64,000 nt of DNA, from NCBI GenBank assembly GCA_965235115.1, contig OZ249439.1, positions 33,978,001-34,042,000 of the forward strand, in the 5' to 3' direction. This document shows, piece by piece, positions 13,801-25,800 of the stretch (position 1 is its first letter; every line of letters begins with the position of its first letter). Position numbers and translations under genes: made by a program. Under the pieces are notes generated by a model. It was not told the DNA's origin and ran no database searches. It saw nothing but the letters and a program-made list of their open reading frames with translations. This stretch comes from Laetmonice hystrix (taxonomy: Eukaryota).

Positions 13801-16800
13801 TTCATAGGCAGCAATATTTCATAGCTACAGGCTATGAAATATTGCAGTGACGCAATGCTGCAATATTTCATAGGCAACAATATTTCATAGTACACCGGCT
13901 AGATACGTCCTAACGGTTATGTCCGAGAGGATATATGTCCGCAAATATCAGCTAATATGTCCGCAAATATCAGCTAGATGTGTCCGGTACATCTAGCTGA
14001 CATTTGCGGACATATCCGGATTACTGGGCATATCTTGCTGATACTTGCGGACATATCCGGACTACCGGGCATATCTAGCTGATATTTGCGGACATATATC
14101 CTCTCGGACATTACTAGCCGTTCAGACATACCTAGCCGGAACAGGCTGTCTGCGTGGCCTAGAAGAATGCAACTTGCAGAAAATATTTCTTTTTATTTCA
14201 GACTCCGATAACAGAGACGCACGGGGAGATCCTGACAGAATTAAAAAAACTTAATGCCACACATACGGAGATGTTGCAGGAGCTCCGGGCCCTCCGTCAG
14301 GTTCAGCAGCAGCGGCTGAACCTGGACGAGGAGAGGACCCGAAGCTCCTGTGACAGTGTATCCTTCAGCAATGGCCTCACCTACCAAAATCTGTAGAGGC
14401 CCTTGTCATTGCTGGAGGATACACAGCACCACACAACACAGAAAACCCAGCCTCGTCAAAGAGTTGTCTACACTGACAAGTTTTGTCTTGTCACTATTGA
14501 CGGTGCTGTGGTGCACAAGTTAACACTTGTCACGAAAAGTTTCTGACGAGGCATCGTCAAATACGAGTCAAATACTAGTCAAGTATTAGTCAGGATCAGG
14601 GGCTGGTTTTACTAAAGGTCGAAAATAACGACGTCGGTAATTTAACATAGACATGAATGTTGTCGAAAACAACGACCTAGCAACCCATTCATTTCTATGT
14701 TAAATTATCGACGTCGTTATTGTCGACTCTTTAGTAAAACGGGCCCCTGACTGCATTCATTGACGTAAACAAACCTGCTGTCTGTAATAAAACATTCTTT
14801 ATTTTTCTTGCACGAATGTCCAAAGTCCAGGTAAAGACAACAAATATCAATTTTTTGTGAAAATGAAACTGGTTTCCCTAATATTCAGGTTAAGTGTCTG
14901 ACGTAAAAATCCTATATCATATGTAAGCCTACTAATTCCTTTCCTAAAAATTACACCTTGCATATAAAAAAGTTCTTTAATTTTTAAATGGACTTTCTGG
15001 TAACACATCCTACCACATGTCTGTAGCGAAGTCCTAATATCTAGCACATCAAGTTGTTACATTTTGCCATGTAAAATCTTAAGAGGGTCTTGAAAATCAT
15101 TTACGCTACTTGCAACTCAGAAGTTATAACATTATAAATCCTGTAAAATCAACATTAAAAACATACGAAGCGGCAACTGCCATGGTGAATGGTCTGATGA
15201 GTTCTGTGTCTTGGCCGCTGGTCTGTCCATCTAGGTACACCGTGAAAGTGAAGGAGTCCATTCCGCTGTAAGTGCATGCTGACTTCACCTTGTCCTGCTC
15301 CTTAACAAAGAACAGATTATTTATTATAGGGGAAAAATTAAATAGTGATCTGTGAATGCAAGATGACGCTCGGATCTTTAAATGGTGTTTAAATGTGGAA
15401 CCACTGGGAACCCTGTATTAAGTCATGAATAAGTTTTGTTGCACAATGAACATGGGGAAATATACCTTTTTACCAAATGATTTTTGTGGCTAATGAGTTA
15501 TAAATGTGGCTAATCAAAATTCTGTCCAGTTAGCCACAGTGGCTAATGATTTTGAGATCCTCGCGAGATCTCTCCTCACCCTAACCCTACGACTGCACCT
15601 AAAATTTCTTGACAGGATTTACTGATTTAATGAGTGGATTGCCTGACAGATAAAGGTAGATTGTTGCTCTCAACTGTGTCCTGGTGAGTCGGTGGGGGGG
15701 GGGGGGGGGGTCTAAAGGGCGGATTGAGATTTTGCAACTTGGGGGGGGGGGGGGGGGGGGTACATACAGGATTTTGTAACTGGGGAGTTACATACAGAAT
15801 TTTAGTACTTGAGGGGTTACATACAGGATTTTGCAACTTGGGGGAGGGGCTACATACAGGATTTTGCAACTGGGGGGGCTACATCCAGTAGCCTACTTTG
15901 CAGTGGGGGGGGGGACTTGATGTTCCCCTTAATTGAGGCCTACAAAACGTCTTACTCTTAGGTGCGCCGTAGACACACTGCAAAATGATAAATTAACCCT
16001 GGAGTGGAGTCAGTTGTGGAGAGGGGCAACCCCCCCCCCCCCCCCCGATCCGCCTTTGGGTCCAACACGGTTAAATCAGAAAGCTCTATAGTCTATGCTA
16101 TGGGAAAGACGCCAAAGACAAAGACAAAGGCGGCGGACAAAGACAAAGACAAAGGGGGGGGGGGGGTCAGGACCCCCCCCACCCCCCCACCCCCCGACCT
16201 GCCATTGGGATAGGGATACTGGATAGTTCCTACTACTTATTGGCCCGCCCCTATTCATATTGGCTATTACAAAACAAACTCTCGACTCCTTTATTTGGCC
16301 TACAAACGCAACCCGAGAGGTCGGGATGCAGGCCCGTAGCCAGCTATCCAGAGGGGGTGGCTCGTTGGAGGGCCGGCGTCGGGAGGTCGGAGGGAAGGTG
16401 AACAGCGCAAACATACGCAGGGGTCTTGGGGACCTCCCCCAGAAAATTTTTGATTTTAGAAGGCAATCCCCCTGCTATTTTCTGGCATTTGGAGATATAT
16501 AAATTGTGAAGTTTCTCAAAGCATTTCGGCCTATAGCTAGCAGGGGCGGATCCAGCTTTTTCAAGTAAGGGGGGGGGGGGGGGGGGTCCAACGTTTCTAG
16601 AGGCGCTGACACAGTTGAGAGAACGCCGCGAAGGGCCACACCTGACCGACCTGGGTGGGCGATAAAGGACCGATTCTTGGCTAATAGTAATAGCCTAATT
16701 TTTTAAACAGAGGAATAAAGAGTGGCAAGGACTGGGAGAACAACCTATACCTACCACCTAACCAGTGCAGCTACCTCTCGCCGTTACACCACTTCCCGTT

Positions 16801-19800
16801 TAAAATGCGCGCTCAACATTCATGACGTCATTGACCGGTATTTGGTGATAATTGGTGCGCTGGCGCGGATTTTTTGTATCTTTCTTTTTTTTCGGATGCA
16901 ACTAGACAACGGCCGATTCTTGGAATGCAATTGCTGTTGGGTACATGAAGAAATCTTGAAGAAGAAACTAATGCAATGATGTTCAATGTTTTCATTAAAA
17001 AACTCATTAAAAAAATGTGTAAAACTCACATAAAAATCAATAAGATTAACAGAAAAACGCCAACGCCAAAGAACCGTTGCAACACTGCTACACTGCCCAT
17101 CATTATGAAGCAGTCGGATTTTTTTATAAAAAAGACTTAACGCGAGGGGTTTAGGTGACGCGCGCGGGGACAAGAAACGAATCTCTCTTTTTTTTTGCCT
17201 ATAATAAGTAGCAGTTCTGGGGTATGTATTTTTCATTTTGAATTGTTGCGAAATAAATTACCCACTTTGGCAGCAATATACGGTTAGCATCTTCCTTATA
17301 CGTACTTAGGAAAATCTTGTGGTGATTAACTGGGTGCGGACCCGTATTCCATCTGCATGATCTGCATTTTCACCAACTTCCTCGCCATCACGATCCTGAA
17401 CATCTTCCTGAACAAAACATGGCAAAGCTTTTGATCCCACCTATATAGTCATCGCAGCGAATGCCAATTATAATGTTAGAAACTAGAAACTAAATGATTG
17501 GACCCATTTTGAGAAGGTTCGTCAAATTGTCTTTCCCTCAGATAGAAGTTACTTATATTTTTAATGTTTAATTCACTGGGGGTATGGTAAAAACAAAACA
17601 AAAATAGATAACGCAATATCAAGGAGTGTATATAGGCATTTTTCCCGTAAAAATGGTGTGCCAATGGCCGGAAAAGGGATACCTGCTGCAGGTCTTCTAC
17701 GAATCCCAGGGGGCCATCCGCACATACGTTGTGGAGCACTGCCGCGGCCATTATGATTTGGCAGCATTTTGCAGGGGAATACTGCATAACCCCCCCTGAA
17801 TGATCCAGGCAACGGAAGCGCTGTTTCCATCTGCCAAATGCACGCTCAACGACCGAGCGTGCGCGGGACTGGGCTCCGTTATACCTCTCCTCCGCTTCGT
17901 TGGTTGGTGCTCTCACCGGAGTCAGGAGGTATACTCTTAATGGGTATGCGCTGTACCCCAGGAGCCACGCCTCCCCGTATTCCCCCGATTCAAACTGCTG
18001 ACGTAGGGCAGAATTACTCCACATAAACGCGTCGTGCGTTGACCCGGGCCAACGCACCACAACGTTAGAGAATGACCCGGAACTGTCACAGACCACTTGA
18101 ACGTTGATACTGTGGAATCCCTTACGGCATACGAAATTTTCCTCTTCTTCGTTTGGAGCCTTACAAAGAAGAAATTTCATAAGCACATAGGCGTATATGC
18201 AGGGCGGACGTGAAAATATGCTGTTAGCAATATTTATTTTATTAGACGCTCTGATAATTATTATAGCCGCCTGTTTATATATACGGTGAGGGAGAGGGCC
18301 TTGTAAGGTGCCAGAAGTATAACCGGACAATTTAATATCCAAAGAGATGCGGCTTAAAGGATATTGTTGTACCGAAGTGAGGAATAGGTGCATGCAGTTG
18401 TGTTCCGTGTGAGGAATTGATGAAAACTTGATTACATTGCATTAATTTCATGTATGTATGCAGCGCATTTAACCTACTTTGATAGGAATATGAGTGCCGT
18501 CGATCGCTCCGATGCAGTTAGGGAACTCGAACCTATCGCTGAACCCAGCCATCACATGGAGCCTCTCACCGGCGTCTTTTGGCATTCTGATGTACATGTT
18601 TCTGCCAGAGGTAACATTCAAACTCGGTAATGCCCGGTTACAATACACAGAATATACTTATGGGTCTATCTGGAATCTCTTTCAGCAGGAAGGGAGTTCT
18701 CCTTTTACAAGCACCCTCCTGAGGAAACATGCGGAAATTATAAACATGTATACTCCAAACATTCATCACCGTGTTTCCAACGTCGCGATGCACTTCTTGT
18801 ACCTCATTAGATATTACGCGTTTCATTTGGTATAGGTACCATTTTGTTGTCCCACCACACCCCTTTATAGCGAATATTCTAGGCCCTTGTGCACTATTGT
18901 CGGCAGATATAGGCCTAGGCCTATACGAAATGCATTAGTGACTGAAGAATACTGGAGAAGTGCACTTCCACATTTCTCTTCAAAGAATAACTCCCCAAAC
19001 AAATAAGAATGAACCCCTCTGACCGTTTGTTGGCAATCAGTCGGGTCACTTCGGTGATAATCCTACTCGCCGATGACTTCGAAATTGTGTGCACGTCGCC
19101 TACCTCCCTCAGGAAACTCCCGGTCGCGAGGTATCGCAAGGTGACTAGTATCTAATATATGTCAGGATGAAGAGAAAGATTCCCCCTATACTGAAACATC
19201 CGTGATTTTCTGCTGTTGCTGCTATACTTGGCACATTATACAGAAACATATCCAATGAATAATAACACTATACATATGATTTATATGATTTTAAGACATA
19301 GACCTATCTTTAAAGGCCTAGACACACATGGGCGGCAAGCGTCGAGCGTCAAGCGTCATTTTAAAGACCCTCTGAATGCTCAGTATGGAAGCGTTGTTTT
19401 TTGACGCGCCGCCCATATGTGAACGGTATTATAGAAAACCATACTAAGCATTCAGAACGTCATGACGCTTGACGCCCATGTGTGTCTAGGCATTGATAGT
19501 GTGTAGGCCTATAATTTTTTTTTTATTATAGGCCTATCATAGTTTATAGTGTGTAGGCCTAACGATATAGGCCTAGATCTATCATAACAGGTGTAGTATG
19601 ATTATATGTGGCTATATATAGGTTCCCACTAGATCTAGTTTTAGGCCCATAGTTACAGGCCAAGTAGGCCTACTAGTAGTAGTTTCATGCAAAAGCTAAA
19701 AAAACTAGGCCTAATCAGGTAGGGCATATAGCCTCATAATCATCATAAATAAACATCCAAAACTATATGGTTCCATATGAACTGTAGACCTAGGGAGGGA

Positions 19801-22800
19801 GGGAGGGAGGGAGGGAGGGAGGGAGGGAGGGAGGGAATGAGGGAGGGAGGGAGGGAGGGAAGGAGGAAAGGAGGGAGGGAAGGAGGGTATAGACACGGAG
19901 GGAGAAGGGTATATAGACACGGAAAGGTCGGAGAAGGGTATAGAAGAATAATGCTTCTAGGGAAATCTGTCGACCTCTCCGTGTCTATAGGCCTATACCC
20001 TTCTCCGACCTCTCCGTGTCTACCCTTCTCCCTCCGTGTCTATACCCTTCTCCCTCCCTCCCTCCCTCCCTCCCTCCCTCCCTCCCTCCCTCCCTCCCTC
20101 CCTCCCTCCCTCCCTCCCTCCCTCCCTCCCTCCCTCCCTCCCTCCCTCCCTCCCTCCCTCCCTCCCTCCCTCCCTCCCTCCGACTAAAGGTATTCGATCT
20201 GTTATAGGCCTATAGGCCTATATTATGCAAAAAAAACTGTATTGCTACCTACCTGCAAATAAGCAGGAATTGCACTGCACCGCGCCGTCGGCCGTCGGAG
20301 GTCATCCTCAAAAACATTTATTAAGTGCACAATGCTGTGTCTGGGAAGCCTGTAGCGCTGTATTATCTGGGTATCTGCCAGACTTTCTAGTGGGTTGCTT
20401 CTGTCCCGTATAATGCGGGGAACACGACGATTTCTCCTCTCTACTTCACGGGCAGCAATAAAGGCAGCCATGGTAGCATATCATTTGCAAAAAGAATGAC
20501 GCGTAATTCCAGTGTTTAGACTAACGTTATGCGCGTCATTCTTTTACGACGTAATTTAGGACTACTTCAAATATGTCCTAAAGTTAGGACCAAATTTACG
20601 ACCTTTTTAAACTTACGACACTTTCGTGAAACACCTTGCCGCGTAAAATATCTTAGGTCGTATAGTTACGACACATTACGCACTATTTGGTCCTACGACA
20701 CTTTCGTGAAACGGGCCCCAGTACTCAAGGTCCATGAGAAAGGTGGCAGCCTCACAGTCGGTGGTCTGTCAGGCTGCCGCCTGGCCCTGGCCAGGCGTTA
20801 TGTAAAGGTAGCTGATGGTGAGTCCCCCATCCCTCCCAGTCAGGGTTGGTTTGGAGGATCCTTGTGCTCAGAAGAGAGCTGCTTGAACTAGCTGGGCTTT
20901 GTATAACTGTCTACTAAAAAAAAGGTCTCTTACGTTGGACCACCAAAATTTTAGGTGGACCACTAAGTATCTGGACTTACTGGTCCAGTCTGACCACCAA
21001 GTTGGTGAAACCTGTTTGCAGCACTGTAAGCTTTACCCCGGCTATGTTTTTTTGCAGGTCGCAACACGCCAATTCGAAACCCCACGAAACAAAAAGCAGT
21101 GGTGATGAAAAGTGCCGGACTGCCGGACATTGCCGGCAATTTTTACTGATGTCCGATGTGAGGCATAGGCCTAATAACTGCACACTGCTTAAGTCATACC
21201 TAGTGGACAGACTACAACGAGTTAAAATAGGTGATACGTACTCAGAATGGGTAACGAATATCAAGGGTGTGCCACAAGGTTCAATACTCGGTCCTTTACT
21301 ATTTAACATTTTCATAAATGACTATCTTTACTATGACATAAACTCAAAAATCTGTAACTATGCAGATGACAATACAATCACAAATATTGGCTCTAATGTA
21401 AATGAAGTTAAAGAAAACTTGAAAAATGATTGCATCAAAGCGATAGAATGGTTTCAGGCAAATCATATGAAAGCTAATGCGGAGAAATTTCAATTGATGT
21501 TTCTGAAGAAAAATGATACAGTTAACAAAGAAAGCCTGATGCTGAATAACACCTCCATAACTGCAACCGAATCAATAAATGTACTAGGTATAGAGATTGA
21601 TAATAAATTGAAGTTCAATATTCACATAGACTACCTATGTAGCCAAACAAGTAAACAAATACATGCACTAAAAAGAATAAAACACTACCTAGATAAACAA
21701 TCCAAGACCACTATCTACAACAGCTATATCAGCAGTAACTTTAACTACTGCCCAATAGTATGGATGTTTACATGTAAAACTAACTTAGAAAAACTCGAAA
21801 GCACAAACAAAAGGGCTTTGAGATTTATTGAAAATAATGACCAGTCATCTTACGAACAGCTATGTAAAAATACAAAGAGATTAACTATAAAGCAGAGGTG
21901 CATTAAAGCGGCGGCTATCCAGATGTACAAGATAAAGAACAAGACAGCACCACAATACTCCCAAGAAATGGTTGTAATAAAAGAGCAGTCATACAATCTA
22001 AGAGACAATGATATCTTTAATATACCTAGCTTTCACTCGATAAACTACGGTAAAAAGAGCTTTAGCTACTATGGTGCCAAGCTATCGTCCCACATTCCAG
22101 GGGAAATCAAAAGTAGAGACACGCTCAGGTGCTTTAAATCTGCTATAACACAGTGGTTACTTGATGGTGGGGACATGTTAAATATTACCTTTGCTTAGAT
22201 TAATACAGTGATAGTGAACAAAACAGGTTGAGCTTGAATAATGGAATACCTGACTAAGTAAGGTGCGGAAAATACCTGACAAGGAACAGTAGAGGCTAGA
22301 AGAAGACCAATAGATTTTAGATTACAATGTCTAAGACCATCCAAACCATCCATCCCAACATACTTTGTTCCTATATACTGTAGTTTACATTGTAATTAAG
22401 GGTTTATGTCAATGTTATAACTGATACGGGACTGTTGTTTGTTTATTTGTTTGTTTGTTTGTTTGTTTGTTTGTCTGTTTGTTTCAAAAACTGTCTAATA
22501 ATGCAGTAGTAAGTCTCTAATAATTTAGTCGTGCAGAAGCCTAGTGCTTAGATTCATATGCTACATTTGTAACTGTGTACACATGTGACTCTTGGATTTA
22601 ATACGACTATAAATAAAATTTTACATACATACATCTACTACATTTTCTTGAATCTTCTATTGGAGGAGAGCGGAATAAAACAATACTCTGATTAGGCCTA
22701 TAGGTTGGCCAGTTGCCCTTGGTTTAGTGAGCCAGTAGGTTGGCGTGGATAGCATTCACACCCATTGGCATTGTCTTTGTATGACACTGTAATGGGAATG

Positions 22801-25800
22801 AGCTGCCTGATGTACGTGTGTTGTTAAAATGCTAAGAAACGGGAGTATTAATCCATGAGGAGTATCATAGTTTGCAATGACAAAGGGCAATTTACTGAAT
22901 TCATAGTTTGATATATTTATTCTTGGTTGAAAAAGTCCAGAATTTGAAAATGTGCCCCACCTAACATTATGGGCTGGCTAAGGGCCCGTAACTCCCTCAT
23001 CAAGCACACACCCTATAGGAATTATTTTTAAAATTGAAAAATTGGGCAATAAATTGAAAAATAAATTAAGGGCCTGATCAAACCTCTAAGAGCCTGCTAA
23101 AAGTGTCTAAGGGCCTGCTAAAACCTTTTTGACGGCCTGTTCAGATTTTGGCTAACTTCGTGTCCTAAGGTTCCATGAATTACAAATGTGTTCCAGAGTA
23201 TATTTCAATGTTTTTCCATCAATAAATCTGTCAATTACTTTGATTATTTCAACAGAGCTACTTTCCTGAAGAAATATGGATCGTATATCAGAAAAATGTG
23301 ACTGATTGATATATCGTAACGCGTAATTTGAATGATACACAGGCCAACCGTCTGTAAACATGTCTGGTTCCTTTTTGTATTTTTAACTCCAGTACTTAGT
23401 ACGGATCTGAAATTGGATATCAAACGCAGAGAAAGAACCAATGAAAGTCTAATAAGGCTATACTTGTATTACAAAACAACAATATATTTGTTTATTGTCT
23501 GCGAAATGAAAAAATGTCAGGTGTTAAAGCCATTTTACATCTGACAAAAATGTCTGATGTAAAACAAAAATGTCAGATGTAACGCTCTTTTACATCTGAC
23601 ACTTTGTCAGATGTAGAAAAAAACTGTTCATCACCACTGAAAAAGTCAAAAGTAAAAACACTCCTAAACACGACACTCAACCTAGGCCTACGTACCGAAT
23701 TAAAACTCCACACTAGCAAACAAATACCCCTGCTTAATATCTAGTAAATTTTATTCGAATTGTCCGAAACATAAATGTTTCTGTATACTATAGATCTAGG
23801 CCTCGGCTTCCCTAGACCCCTCCCCGATGCAGGCCTAGCGAAAGCCACGCTTGCTATGCACGGCCTGGCTACTGACAGCCAACCGGGCTGCAGTGCCGGT
23901 AGGCTGACGCTCTATCAAAGCTTCGCGTTCAATCACATAGCTAGGCGGGGCGGGACAGCATCATTTTCTTCTTCTTTTTTAATATTTACTCTTCAAAAAC
24001 CTCCATGTCCGTGCTGCCCACATTTCTCTAGACTAGTCCGACTGATGACGTGCTTCCACTGTCAACTAGTCTAGAGTAAGTCTACTACTAACACTACCAG
24101 TTAGATTCAGGCTAAGGACAGGTCAGCTTCGGACTGTGCACTTGCTTGGGCAAAAGTTACAGAATAATTCCACCCTAAGAGTAAGACCTAAGTTTGTTTT
24201 CCCGAAGCCTGTGACAGCTTGTTTATCATTATAGCTGACTTTGAGTTTTACCAGAAGAAAATAGATTATTCACAAGCACGCGTAAAATCTGCTTTGCTGT
24301 GGCGGACAATGCCTCTCTACGTCTAGGCCTAGCCCGACGTGTTCCTGTTGTGACATCACGACTCTCGTTTCTAAGCATCCCCAGCCAGAATTGGCAGAAG
24401 TAGGCCCTCTATTATACAGTGGTCTGACACAAATAACAATGCAGTACTTAGCAACAAAGAGAGTTTTAAGGAAATCACTGAGGCTACGCTTTAAAAAAAC
24501 GGGGAGCCATTTTTGTAGGCTACTCGGCTATTTGAGAATGCAGAAAAAAAAATAAATAAATAAACTGAAAAGTATATATGTCAAAAAGTATATGTCATTG
24601 TCAATTACCTGTTTTTTCTGAAATGTCCTCCTCCCTGACCTTGGAGCAAGATGCAGAGGCCTTCTCAACTGATTCATCTGCAGCGTTAAACGACGATTTT
24701 CACCACAATTAATTTCATTTGATCTTTTATTATATTTCCTGGCCTTTCAAATATTGGATTTTCAATTGAACACTATTTCCTCGTCCCTTATAACCATGGC
24801 ATAGTACTAACATATCAAAATATTTGAGGATGCAATACAGGCACCAGCCCTCATAACATGAAACAACACTAAAATATGACATTTTCCTACCATGAAAAAC
24901 TGACAGTGTCTTTGGAAACTAGTCCCAATTAATATACATAAATTTTTAAAAACCTTCTCAGGTCTTTTTTTTTAATTTCTGAATGAGCAGAAGCTGTACA
25001 ATGCAATGCCATTATGGTAATACGGGGGGGGGGGAGGTTGTGTATGTTTTGTGTGAACCTTTCAAGCAGGGAAAAGGAAAAATTAATCTGCCACTGTAAT
25101 TAGATACTCAGGCATGACGGGGAAATTTATGTTTTAGAATCTGACAAACATGCTGCCAATAACAGTACTAGTGACGGTAGTGTGTCCTGTGTGTCACTTT
25201 CACATTGGTTAAAGCCTCACCTGAGGTTTCCCCTGCCACAGGAATTTGCTGAACAAAAGGTGGGTCAGTACCGCCACGTTCTTCCTTCTCCTCATCTGAA
25301 AATAAACATTGGAGGATTTTACAAAACAAAATAAGTATTGATGATTGGCAACAGATGCAAGGTGTATGGCTAGATTACAGGGATAAAACGGTGCTGCGAA
25401 AAATGAGTGTCTCGAAGGGTATAAGGAACTAACAATGTTAGTAGTCTACTAGACAGAAAATAATGGTAAGCTTGTTGAAAATAGCATGTAATGTAGTATT
25501 AGCTTTGCTCAATGAAAAGGGTTCTCTATGAAACAGATGAAATAATTACCACTTTGTTCTTCCCCGGAATCCGTAAATTGATTTCCAACATCTGTTTCTG
25601 AATAAAAAATACATGTTGTTCACAGGTAAACATGCTAGGGAATAAAACAATTTTCTTTCCACCGAAGCCTTTAATGAAACTGAAAGCCTTGTACTCACTG
25701 ACAAATAAATAGAGTATCTATTGCATATAACTTCATTGTATGTAGTTAATCAAAAACTAAATAATTTACATACCATCCTCACTCTCAGTTATTGGCAGAT

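Larger units (their letters stand above)
7612..20718. mobile_element. Full-length PIF/Harbinger DNA transposon (13.1 kb including nested MITEs)
   Basis: Perfect 25-bp TIR gggcccgtttcacgaaagtgtcgta, 3-bp TSD CAG (7609-7611 and 20719-20721), and convergent transposase and Myb/SANT genes. Confidence 0.95.
7480..23639. mobile_element. CAGTG-terminated non-autonomous element with a 6-bp TSD (AAAAAG), hosting the LINE and the Harbinger element
   Basis: aaaaag|cagtggtgatgaa ... ttcatcaccactg|aaaaag, a perfect 13-bp TIR. The left end occurs twice (7480 and ~21097). Confidence 0.65.
6387..24490. mobile_element. Probable Kolobok-like non-autonomous element; outermost shell of the nest
   Basis: ttaa|agataggcctcagag ... 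cactgaggctacgct|ttaa gives TTAA flanks, AG...CT termini and an imperfect ~15-bp TIR. It lies between two near-identical linker exons. Confidence 0.5.

Noticed and set aside
19711..20207. PPSL/GGRE-repeat ORFs, and the YI-repeat ORFs at 45762-46121
   Set aside because: They are translations of microsatellites.
21002..21178. N-terminal 59 aa of the 398-aa ORF as a novel RT fusion
   Set aside because: It is the duplicated non-coding flank, in frame with a truncated LINE by chance.
7298..21178. 264-bp direct repeats as LTRs of a 13.9-kb retroelement
   Set aside because: No TG...CA ends, PBS/PPT or gag-pol; the interior is a Harbinger with its own TIRs and TSD.
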